Shown here one piece after another: positions 56,080 through 64,000 of a DNA stretch of 64,000 bases. The notes under the pieces were generated by a model, which saw only the letters and a program-made list of their open reading frames with translations, had not been told where the DNA came from and made no database searches. Each line of letters begins with the position of its first letter. Position 1 is the stretch's first letter. The position numbers and the translations under genes were made by a program. Source of the DNA: an uncultured Fibrobacterota bacterium (GTDB lineage Bacteria; Fibrobacterota; Chitinivibrionia; Chitinivibrionales; WJKA01); contig CAZPUS010000005.1 in NCBI GenBank assembly GCA_964589825.1, positions 46,018 to 110,017 of the forward strand. Direction: 5' to 3'.

Positions 56080-56811
56080 ATGAAGGTATGTGTATGCATA
56101 CCCGCCTATAATGCCGCAATGCATCTTGCGGGAGTGATCGCGAGAATTCCGGCCGAATGCTGGGCGAAACTATGTGCAATATGGGTGATCGACGACGGCT
56201 CCAGCGACAAAACCACCGCGGTCGCCAAACGGCTGCAGCAGCACTATAAGGCGATCCGGATTGACGGCTTCGAAGAGAACAGAGGTTACGGTGAGGCGGT
56301 AAAACGCGGACTAACCCGTTGCCGCGAGAGTGATCCCGATGTCTGTATTTGTCTACATGCCGACGGGCAGTATCCGCCGGAGTACATGTCACGGTTTATA
56401 GACCGGGTGTTTGAAGGCTGCGATCTGGTACAGGGTTCCCGTATTGCATCCGGGACCGCTCGCAGTGGTGGGATGCCCCTTTACAAATACGTGGCCAACC
56501 GGACACTGACGGCACTGGAAAATATGGTTTTCGGACTGAAGATGAGCGATTATCACAGCGGCTATCTTGCCTATAGTCGAAAAGCGCTTACAGAAATACC
56601 ATTCGACTCGCTCAGCTTCAGTTTTGATTTCGACCTCGAGGTCATTGCCACTGCGCGTGCCGCCGGAATGCGGATCGAAGAGCTACCCATCCCCACGCGG
56701 TATGCCAATGAAGTGTCCCACCTCAACCCCATTACGTATGGGTTTCGTGTGCTGGCGGTGATGTGCAGGTATATGCGCGGAGTCTATGCACGAGCACAAA
56801 AGAGCGGATAA
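56080..56811 (+). CDS. family 2 glycosyltransferase (polyprenyl-phosphate sugar transferase type, ArnC/DPM1-like)
   Basis: Start at ATG 56080, 1 nt after the upstream stop. CIPAYNAAMHL and VIDDGSSDKT motifs. About 243 aa with no C-terminal TM. Confidence 0.82.
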   Translation: MKVCVCIPAYNAAMHLAGVIARIPAECWAKLCAIWVIDDGSSDKTTAVAKRLQQHYKAIRIDGFEENRGYGEAVKRGLTRCRESDPDVCICLHADGQYPPEYMSRFIDRVFEGCDLVQGSRIASGTARSGGMPLYKYVANRTLTALENMVFGLKMSDYHSGYLAYSRKALTEIPFDSLSFSFDFDLEVIATARAAGMRIEELPIPTRYANEVSHLNPITYGFRVLAVMCRYMRGVYARAQKSG

Positions 56812-56841
56812 AATGATCATACCCACAGACAGGACCGACCG

Positions 56842-57774
56842 ATGGTATGCATAACCGGCGGAAGCGGGGTTATCGGACGCAATCTCGTGGCGCAGTTGCT
56901 CGCCGGGGGTGTTCGTATACGTATGCTGGTGCTGCCCGGAGAAAAGGTGTATGAAAACGACGACCGTGTGGAGGTATGGCACGGTGATATTGCGGAGAGC
57001 AAGTCGATTACGGGTTTATGCAGGGGCGTGGATACCGTCTACCATCTTGCGGCAGTGATAGTTGCTTCCGGACACAGCGATTTCGAGCGTATCAATGTAG
57101 AAGGTACGCGCAATGTGTGCAACGAAGCGCGCGCCCATCACGTGCCCCATTTTGTCTACGTCAGCTCAGCCTCGGTGGTCTATCCCTGTACAACTGCCTA
57201 CTCGCGTTCCAAGCGCCGGTGTGAAGATATCGTGAAGCATGCGGGAATGAACTGGACGATCGTACGTCCCACGCTGGTGTACGATGAGCAGCAGGGGGGA
57301 GAATTCGGCATGTTCGTGCGCTATCTGAAACGCTTTCCGATACTCCCGTTTATCGGCTCCGGCGATGCGCGGAAGCGACCGGTCTATGCGGTCGATCTCG
57401 GCAACGGACTCGCCTCGCTGCACCATAACGAACGCGCCTGTGCAAAAGTCTATAATTTCAGCGGGAGCGAGGTTATCTCCATAAAGGATTTTGCCCGGCT
57501 CTGCCTTATCTCGATGGGCAGAGAGAATAAACCATTTGTTCATATTCCTGTCTGGCTGGCTCTGGTCGCCGCCGGGCTGATGCATATGTGTATGAAAACC
57601 CCCCCGCTTACCTGGCAGGTGATTGCGGGTATGACCCAGGATGCGGACATCGATCCAGCGGCTGCTGCGCAGGAGACGGCATTTGCACCCAGACCGGTGA
57701 GTGAGATGCTGCCGCACTGTTTTTCTCGCAAAAAAGTATTTTCCAGAGGGATAAAAAATGAAAACCATGTATGA
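56842..57774 (+). CDS. NAD-dependent epimerase/dehydratase (extended SDR)
   Basis: 310 aa. ITGGSGVIGRNL Rossmann motif and YSRSKRR (YxxxK). Confidence 0.85.
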   Translation: MVCITGGSGVIGRNLVAQLLAGGVRIRMLVLPGEKVYENDDRVEVWHGDIAESKSITGLCRGVDTVYHLAAVIVASGHSDFERINVEGTRNVCNEARAHHVPHFVYVSSASVVYPCTTAYSRSKRRCEDIVKHAGMNWTIVRPTLVYDEQQGGEFGMFVRYLKRFPILPFIGSGDARKRPVYAVDLGNGLASLHHNERACAKVYNFSGSEVISIKDFARLCLISMGRENKPFVHIPVWLALVAAGLMHMCMKTPPLTWQVIAGMTQDADIDPAAAAQETAFAPRPVSEMLPHCFSRKKVFSRGIKNENHV

Positions 57775-57813
57775 TTTTATAAACTATACATATTCTATTC
57801 AAGGAGGGAACTC

Positions 57814-58359
57814 ATGAAACGGTTGTATACCTTTTTGGCAGGGGCGCTGGTACTCGGTGTAATGGCAACGTCGACATTTGCAGGCGATCAGGGATCCTGT
57901 GAAAAGGACAAGGCGGCAAAAAACGATGCAGCAAAGAAGATGGGAAAAGCGGAGACCGAAAAGGCGTCCTCAGGCGCGCAGAAAAAAGAGAGCGCGGGCA
58001 ACGATACACTCGTTATCAAAGCACGACTGGTCGAAATACCCGGAACCTTCCCTCCCAACGATCTCTACAACTACGTGTATGTGATGAAATATCGTGTGCT
58101 TAAGGTGATGGAGGGCACATACAAAGAACGTGAAATTCTTGTGGGACATTACAATCCCCTTATTCCCCGCTCGCAGATTTCGGACAAGATGGATGAGTAT
58201 GTAGACGGAAATGTCGAAAAATTTGAAGAGGGTAACAAGCACGTGCTGACACTGGTAACGCCGATTTCAAAAGTATGGAAAGAAGCGATGGAAGACGAGT
58301 ATTTCGATGTGAAAAAAGACAAATACTATGCACTCAAGGCGGAGGTTGCGTCTAAGTAA
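57814..58359 (+). CDS. secreted protein of unknown function
   Basis: 181 aa. Signal peptide (LAGALVLGVMATSTFA), a Lys/Ala-rich linker, then a ~110-aa globular region. Lies directly upstream of the MBOAT gene. GGAGGG RBS. Confidence 0.65.
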   Translation: MKRLYTFLAGALVLGVMATSTFAGDQGSCEKDKAAKNDAAKKMGKAETEKASSGAQKKESAGNDTLVIKARLVEIPGTFPPNDLYNYVYVMKYRVLKVMEGTYKEREILVGHYNPLIPRSQISDKMDEYVDGNVEKFEEGNKHVLTLVTPISKVWKEAMEDEYFDVKKDKYYALKAEVASK

Positions 58360-58411
58360 ACGTGCACTGATAACTCACTACACGATTCTGTTACGACAAG
58401 GATAACGACAT

Positions 58412-59836
58412 ATGGTTTTTTCATCGCATATATTTGTATTCTACTTCCTCACCATCTTTCTTCTGTTATATTATGCAATGGTGTGGAAAAAGGTCGATCT
58501 GAGCTGGATCAATCTTTTTGTAACCATTGCCAGTTACGTATTTTACGGATGGTTCGTCCCCTGGTTCGTAGTGCTTATGTGGATATCCACATTCGTCGAC
58601 TATGCGGCGGGAAAGATTATTTCCCGGCCGGGCGCCTCGCAGAAACAGCGCAATCTGGGACTTATCATGTCAATGGCGACCAACCTGGGTCTGCTGGGCT
58701 ATTTCAAGTATTACATGTTCACCATGGAGACGATAAACCACATTGTTGACTTTTTTGGTGGCGGTCCCAATTTTTTCCATATTCTTCAGGTAGCTCTCCC
58801 CATAGGTATTTCGTTCTATACCTTCCAGACAATGAGTTATACCATCGACGTGTGGCGCGGTGACGCTCCGCCGGTAAAGGACATGCGTACTTTTTCATGC
58901 TTTGTGGCGCTTTTCCCGCAGCTTATCGCGGGACCGATCATCCGGTACAATACCGTGGCTCAGCAGCTGTCGCATCGTACGCACACATTGCCCAAGTTTG
59001 CCAGCGGGACCGCGATATTCGTAACTGGATTCGCCAAAAAAACCATACTGGCAAACAACGCAGGGGCGATCGCGGATGCGGTCTTCGGATCGAATGCGCC
59101 GGGATTTCTGACCGCATGGGCCGGGGCGCTGGGATATCATTTTCAGATCTATTTTGATTTCTGCGGGTATTCGGATATGGCGGTCGGTATCGGCCGGATG
59201 CTCGGTTTCGAGTATATCCGTAACTTCTATGCACCGTATCATGCCGACTCGATCAGTGATTTCTGGCGCAGATGGCACATATCGCTTTCAACCTGGTTCA
59301 GGGATTACGTCTATATCAGCCTCGGCGGAAACCGGGTCAACAAGATACTTACCTATCGCAACCTTCTTATCACCATGTTGTGTACCGCGGTATGGCACGG
59401 CGCGCAGTGGACCTTTATTTCTTGGGGTATGCTGCATGCGGTTCTCATGATATTCGAACGGATAAACGGCAGGCGGTCGGTGTATTCGTTTCTGCCGCGC
59501 ATTCCGCGTATCGTGCTGACCAATATCATCGTGGTACTGATATGGGTTCCGTTCCGTGCACCCACCATGCATCAGGCCCTGCTCTACTGGAAGAGCATGC
59601 TCGGACTGCGTGCCGCGGCGGCATCGGCACCCATACTTGCGTCACAGGTATTCAGCCTGAAATCGCTTTTCTTTATTGCGGTCTGTTCGCTGGTTACCTG
59701 GCAAACGGTCCAGGCGCATGACTGGGTGAAAAAGCTTTCGCCGGCTAAATACGCGATTATCATTGTTCTTTTCGCAGTATCGATAATAGAAATGTTTACC
59801 CAGGCGTTCAATCCGTTTCTGTACTTTCAATTCTAA
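58412..59836 (+). CDS. MBOAT-family membrane O-acyltransferase (AlgI/DltB-like)
   Basis: 474 aa, polytopic. Hallmark block FWRRWHISLSTWFRDYVYISLGGNR with the conserved His. Confidence 0.92.
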   Translation: MVFSSHIFVFYFLTIFLLLYYAMVWKKVDLSWINLFVTIASYVFYGWFVPWFVVLMWISTFVDYAAGKIISRPGASQKQRNLGLIMSMATNLGLLGYFKYYMFTMETINHIVDFFGGGPNFFHILQVALPIGISFYTFQTMSYTIDVWRGDAPPVKDMRTFSCFVALFPQLIAGPIIRYNTVAQQLSHRTHTLPKFASGTAIFVTGFAKKTILANNAGAIADAVFGSNAPGFLTAWAGALGYHFQIYFDFCGYSDMAVGIGRMLGFEYIRNFYAPYHADSISDFWRRWHISLSTWFRDYVYISLGGNRVNKILTYRNLLITMLCTAVWHGAQWTFISWGMLHAVLMIFERINGRRSVYSFLPRIPRIVLTNIIVVLIWVPFRAPTMHQALLYWKSMLGLRAAAASAPILASQVFSLKSLFFIAVCSLVTWQTVQAHDWVKKLSPAKYAIIIVLFAVSIIEMFTQAFNPFLYFQF

Positions 59837-59851
59837 AAAGGAAAAGAAGTT

Positions 59852-61675
59852 ATGGCGTCCGATTATATCAAACCCGAAAACGTGAAAGATACCGGCCAGG
59901 AGAAACACGAGCATCTCCCTAAGGTAGCCGGAAAGAAAAGTGCCGCGATTTTCGTGGGTATTTTTCTGGTACTTATCTATTCCGTAGGTATTCTTCAGGC
60001 GAGTGTCGAGCTCTCAAAAGATGAAAGCATTCAGTTTTTTGACGTGTTTGTCGACACCTTTGCGCGTCCGGTTACCCGGGCCAAAACCACGGCACAGCAT
60101 TTTGAAAAACTGCAGGGTCAGCTCGATTCACTCGATCAGGGAATCGATTCGATTGCCCGGCATATGGAGGATACCGGTATACAAGCCGTAAATTATGGAG
60201 AACTCGAGATGAGCGCTGAGGAAGCCCTCTTTACGGTTAAGGATATCAAAAAGGCGCAGATCGATGTGAATCGCCACATCGATGCGGATACCAATTCAAA
60301 AAATATCCAGCGCCTCAGCGATCTTTATCAAAAGATGAACACGCTGCATCAGCATATGTGGAATCAGAAGAGTCTCGACACCGTGCGTGCACAGTACCAA
60401 ACCGTGTCACAGCGGGTCGATGAACTTGCAAAGATGTATGGCAGGCCCTCTTTGCCCGAGTACCCCGCAATGATGGCGCGTCATTTTTTCCAGTATACCG
60501 TGTTCAGCAAACGCTACCTGCGTGCCTACGAAAATGAAATGGAAGAGACGTCGGTGGCGGCTAACACCGTCAGGCCCTACATGCAGTTCTACCGGTACTG
60601 GCTGCTGCACGACGTGGGTGAAAAGGCGGTGCTCGGAAAGGATAAATGGCTCTTTTACAAACCGGGTGTCGACTACCTGGTAAAGCCCTACATACGCGAT
60701 CAGCGCTCGATCAAGGTCGATCCCAACAACAAGCCCATCACCGACAATCCGATCAACGCGATCGCTCAATTCGAAAATGAGCTCAATGAACACGGGGTGG
60801 AACTGCTGGTCGTGATCGTACCGGGTAAGCCGTCGGTATATCCCGATAAGCTTCATTCCGCCTACGACACTTCGGATGTATGCAATTTTGCGCATACCAA
60901 AAAGACGATCGGCCAGCTTCGCGAAAACGGAATTGCGGTGGTCGATCTGTACGGTCCCATGGCTGAATTCAGAAAAGAGATGGAGGCGCAGGGCGAGACG
61001 ATCTATCTTGAAAGGGATACGCACTGGAAGCCGAAAACAGCCGCGTTCGTTGCGCAAACCGTTGCCGGCCGTGTCAGGGAGTATCCATGGTTCAGCTCCG
61101 GAACGACAGAATACGTGAGCGCGGATGTGCCGGTGGAGCGCGTGGGTGATGTCGGTGTCATGACCGATCTGCCCTCTTTTACCGTACGTAATCTTCAGAT
61201 GCATTTTCCCGTAGAGGACGTGACCTGTAAAAAGGTCTACAAGGTGATACGCACCCGGGCCGATTCGTCCGAAATGGGGCTGCAATCGGATGACGGATCG
61301 CTTCAGCTTCCGCTGAGCGTTATCAGCAAGCTTCCTCCGTCACTGGTACATGAGCTTGGAAATGCCGCGACGGTCAAACGCATCAGCCCGTATCGCGACG
61401 AGTATTTCGATTCCGACATCCTTATTCTGGGTGACAGCTTCTCGCGTATATACCAGACCGACGAGCCGCGTGCCGCGGGATGGATTGCCCATTTTGCCGC
61501 GGAGATAGGCTCCCCGGTCGCATCGATCGTAAACGATGGCGGTGCCTCCACACTGGTGCGCGAAACCCTGGCGCGCAAAAAGAAACTTCTTGACGGCAAA
61601 AAGCTCTGTATCTGGGAGTTTGTGGAACGCGATCTGCGCTACGGCGCAAAAGGATGGAAAGATATCGATCTGTAA
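59852..61675 (+). CDS. AlgJ/AlgX-like (SGNH-like) polysaccharide O-acetyltransferase component, membrane-anchored
   Basis: 607 aa. One N-terminal TM and a long helical region, then an AlgJ-type catalytic region with LERDTHWKP (D-x-H-W) and ILILGDSF. Confidence 0.8.
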   Translation: MASDYIKPENVKDTGQEKHEHLPKVAGKKSAAIFVGIFLVLIYSVGILQASVELSKDESIQFFDVFVDTFARPVTRAKTTAQHFEKLQGQLDSLDQGIDSIARHMEDTGIQAVNYGELEMSAEEALFTVKDIKKAQIDVNRHIDADTNSKNIQRLSDLYQKMNTLHQHMWNQKSLDTVRAQYQTVSQRVDELAKMYGRPSLPEYPAMMARHFFQYTVFSKRYLRAYENEMEETSVAANTVRPYMQFYRYWLLHDVGEKAVLGKDKWLFYKPGVDYLVKPYIRDQRSIKVDPNNKPITDNPINAIAQFENELNEHGVELLVVIVPGKPSVYPDKLHSAYDTSDVCNFAHTKKTIGQLRENGIAVVDLYGPMAEFRKEMEAQGETIYLERDTHWKPKTAAFVAQTVAGRVREYPWFSSGTTEYVSADVPVERVGDVGVMTDLPSFTVRNLQMHFPVEDVTCKKVYKVIRTRADSSEMGLQSDDGSLQLPLSVISKLPPSLVHELGNAATVKRISPYRDEYFDSDILILGDSFSRIYQTDEPRAAGWIAHFAAEIGSPVASIVNDGGASTLVRETLARKKKLLDGKKLCIWEFVERDLRYGAKGWKDIDL

Positions 61676-61745
61676 AACGGTCTGCAGACCGGTTCTGATA
61701 GTCTAAATCAGCCTGTTTTTCACTCTAAACACGGAAAGAGCACCT

Positions 61746-63776
61746 ATGAAATTACGTCACATTCGTTCAGCAGCAGCGACCGCGGTATGTATGGCTGCGC
61801 TTATGGCAGGCGGCGCAGATGCGTCGGCATACCGGGAACTCGTACCCGGCTTTGACCGGACAAAATCGCGTGCAATGGTGAGAGAGATCGACAATCCCAC
61901 CAGAGCCAACTTCGACTGTGCCGCATTTATCGACAACCCGATCAGATACAATCCCAAAACGCCAAAATTCGATGCGCCCGAAGAAAAGGTCGGACTCGAT
62001 GCACTTACTTTTGACGGTGCGCTTGCCTCTGTGGCAACCTCAATTGGGCAGACACCGCTGACAGCACAGGAAAAGGAGCAGCCGCTTGCATGGGAGCGCC
62101 TCTATAACGAATATTTCTGGAACGTGATCGGCGATCCGGGATTTGCAAAGGCTTCCGCAAAGATAAACGGAGAAAAGTGGGCCGACGAGAGTCTTGGCCG
62201 TTCGTATCAGAAAATCACCAACGCATGGCTGCACGATACCGACCAAGGAACCGAGGTATGGGTTGAAGTCGAATTCAGTGACTGGGCGGACTTTTTTACC
62301 GGTGTGCAGGATCCTGACAAAGACGGCTTCGATGAGGTCTTCGGCAAACTTGTAGTGGACGACATGGATCCGGCGGAATATAAAAAAGCGATCGCGTGGA
62401 TCCGGGGAGACTACACCACCAAGCGAATGACACAGCAGCAGATCGACGACTGGCTCATGGAACTCGCATCGTACTGGTATCCCACCTACAATACCGATGT
62501 GATCGAGAGCGGGGACATGAAAAAATGGCCCAACCGTAAAGTTAAGCGCAAAATCCGCAAAAAGCTCGGTGACCTGCGTGTGGAAAATCCTACCGCGGTT
62601 ATGCGCGGGGTCCCGCACGGCAAAAAGATATACAATGTATTCAAGGTGCCCGATCTGGGACAGGAGAAAGGTGGCGGTGAAGCCAAGAGCGAAGAGCCTG
62701 AGAGAGAAGCGGCCGCAGATAAGAAGATGGATACCTCGGTATCCGATAATGTGACGCGCAACAATGGGCGCTGGAAAAAGGAGCTGGAGGCCCACGGAGG
62801 ATCATACGACAAATGGGCTTCGGAGCTCACCGATATAAAAAAGGCGCAGAAAGCGATTGTTGAAACGCTCCCCGAAGGCCAGCTGGGATTCGAAGGCAAA
62901 GGTGACTGGCTCTTTTTCGGCAAATCGCTCGAATATACCACCGGCGGTGATATAAGCGATCAGCCAAAGGATAAAAACCCGATTCCGCATCTTGTCAAGT
63001 TCAAAAAATATCTCGCTGACCATGACGTCAACATGCTTTTTGTCGTGATACCGACAAAGGCGGAGATGTATTATGAACATCTTCCCTGCGAAATGCCCGA
63101 AGACAAAACCACGATCGTCAATCCCTATGGTCGCAAGTTTTTACGCGACGTGCAGAACGAGGGTGTGGAGGTGATCGACCTGCTTCCCGGATTTATGGAT
63201 GCAAAGACAAAGGACGATCAGTACGACGAACACCTGTACCAGCATCAGGACACACACTGGACATGGCGCGGTTGTGAACTCATGACCGATGCGGTGGCCG
63301 ATCGAATCACGCAGTATGCCTGGTTCGACGAACTTGACGAGCTCAAAAAAGAGTACACGGTGCGGGAGACGACGTTTACCCGCAGGGGCGATATCGTGGA
63401 CCGGATTCCGGAAGAGAAAAAGGCGGATTACGGGAAGGCGACCCTCAAGGCAAAACGGGTCTATACACCCGAAGGCGAGGCATACAACTCACGCGGCAAA
63501 AAGAGTGCACCTATCATGGTGATCGGTGATTCCTTTACCGGTGTCTATGAGCTTGTGGACTGCAAAAGTGCGGGTATCGCCTCACACCTGGCACAAAAAA
63601 CAGGGATGCCTGTGGAGAATATTACCAGCTGGGGAGGCGGTCCGCTGGTGCGCAACAAAATGCTGCGTGCCCGAAAGGACGATCTCAAGTACAAACGTTT
63701 GGTCGTCTATGTAATGGTGGCACGTGATCTCTACGATTATGCCATGGGGTGGAAGCCGCTCAAAGTTAAAAAATAG
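61746..63776 (+). CDS. AlgX/AlgJ-like (SGNH-like) polysaccharide O-acetyltransferase component, secreted, with a novel ~340-aa N-terminal domain
   Basis: 676 aa with a signal peptide. The C-terminal half has HQDTHWTW and MVIGDSFTG motifs, colinear with the preceding paralogue. I do not recognise the N-terminal half. Confidence 0.8.
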   Translation: MKLRHIRSAAATAVCMAALMAGGADASAYRELVPGFDRTKSRAMVREIDNPTRANFDCAAFIDNPIRYNPKTPKFDAPEEKVGLDALTFDGALASVATSIGQTPLTAQEKEQPLAWERLYNEYFWNVIGDPGFAKASAKINGEKWADESLGRSYQKITNAWLHDTDQGTEVWVEVEFSDWADFFTGVQDPDKDGFDEVFGKLVVDDMDPAEYKKAIAWIRGDYTTKRMTQQQIDDWLMELASYWYPTYNTDVIESGDMKKWPNRKVKRKIRKKLGDLRVENPTAVMRGVPHGKKIYNVFKVPDLGQEKGGGEAKSEEPEREAAADKKMDTSVSDNVTRNNGRWKKELEAHGGSYDKWASELTDIKKAQKAIVETLPEGQLGFEGKGDWLFFGKSLEYTTGGDISDQPKDKNPIPHLVKFKKYLADHDVNMLFVVIPTKAEMYYEHLPCEMPEDKTTIVNPYGRKFLRDVQNEGVEVIDLLPGFMDAKTKDDQYDEHLYQHQDTHWTWRGCELMTDAVADRITQYAWFDELDELKKEYTVRETTFTRRGDIVDRIPEEKKADYGKATLKAKRVYTPEGEAYNSRGKKSAPIMVIGDSFTGVYELVDCKSAGIASHLAQKTGMPVENITSWGGGPLVRNKMLRARKDDLKYKRLVVYVMVARDLYDYAMGWKPLKVKK

Positions 63777-63784
63777 TACCACAG

Positions 63785-63832
63785 GTGCGCGGCAGGGGCG
63801 GCATAAAGCCGTTTCGGCTGCGCACTTTTTTT
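63785..63832 (+). terminator. rho-independent terminator ending the acetylation cluster
   Basis: GTGCGCGGC ... GCTGCGCAC (9-bp stem with one G.T) followed by TTTTTTT. Confidence 0.75.
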
Positions 63833-63873
63833 CGGGCGGGGGCCGGACAGCTGCGGGCAGGAGGTAGCCCATC

Positions 63874-64000
63874 GTGCACAGTACTTCGTTATCAGGTAGC
63901 AATCACACAACCCGCCGATACGTGCGTATGCCGGCACACATAGTGCGTTGTGGTGCTGTCGCGCTCATTGCCGCGTTACTCACAGGTGTGGGATGCGGCG
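63874..64000 (+). CDS. possible lipoprotein gene, 5' fragment (runs off the window)
   Basis: AGGAGG lies 8 nt upstream of GTG 63874, with an in-frame ATG at 63928. The translated end reads ..AVALIAALLTGVGCG (signal + lipobox-like). Too short to verify. Confidence 0.35.
   Translation, partial: MHSTSLSGSNHTTRRYVRMPAHIVRCGAVALIAALLTGVGCG

Noticed and set aside
60407-62795. 292-aa and 251-aa minus-strand ORFs
   Set aside because: They are antisense to the two AlgJ/AlgX-like genes, which carry clear catalytic motifs.

Overview
This 64-kb chromosomal window comes from a diderm (outer-membrane-bearing) bacterium; it is about 50-60% G+C in genes by hand-sampled counts, and I cannot name the organism. 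I support about 50 protein genes and one tRNA-Glu(UUC). I saw no rRNA, CRISPR array, transposase, integrase or phage gene. Most of the content is housekeeping:
- Central metabolism: infA, gnd, a PPi-type phosphofructokinase, tkt, purB, nadD and hisS.
- Envelope biogenesis: BamD-like, YbgF/CpoB-like, a fused LptF-LptG permease, a MurC/Mpl-type ligase and an L,D-transpeptidase.
- Sugar uptake: an ABC importer, plus a beta-phosphoglucomutase fused to a GH65 N-terminal domain.
- Signalling: a cNMP-binding protein next to a transporter-HEAT protein, and an atypical receiver next to a GGDEF cyclase.
- An AmmeMemoRadiSam operon.
- A right-hand block (51.9-63.8 kb) of outer-membrane and polysaccharide-modification genes: an ArnA-C-like decarboxylase, a GT2, an SDR, an MBOAT and two AlgJ/AlgX-like proteins.

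The most unusual signal is in the spacers rather than in a gene. Two full copies (~100 nt) of an unannotated intergenic sequence family lie at 27.77-27.87 kb and 45.72-45.82 kb, in opposite orientation. At least three shorter copies of its 5' motif (consensus CCTAAATTGAGCGGTTGTTTTGATGAAAGCTGC) lie at 22.59, 39.57 and 45.94 kb. The full copies carry a hairpin whose pairing is kept by a compensatory substitution. They can also be read as Cys-rich micro-ORFs, and two such ORFs directly abut radical SAM genes. I cannot decide from sequence alone between a small structured RNA or terminator-linked repeat and a peptide gene family, so both readings are reported with tests. Secondary leads:
- A family of CAACC/GGTTG-core palindromic hairpins.
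- An intrinsic terminator inside the purB leader, which could be an attenuator or riboswitch.
- An orphan terminator after a Cys/Val-rich micro-ORF near 7.8 kb.
- A low-GC islet encoding a secreted lectin-fold-like protein.
- An uncharacterised lipoprotein / beta-barrel / lipoprotein trio.
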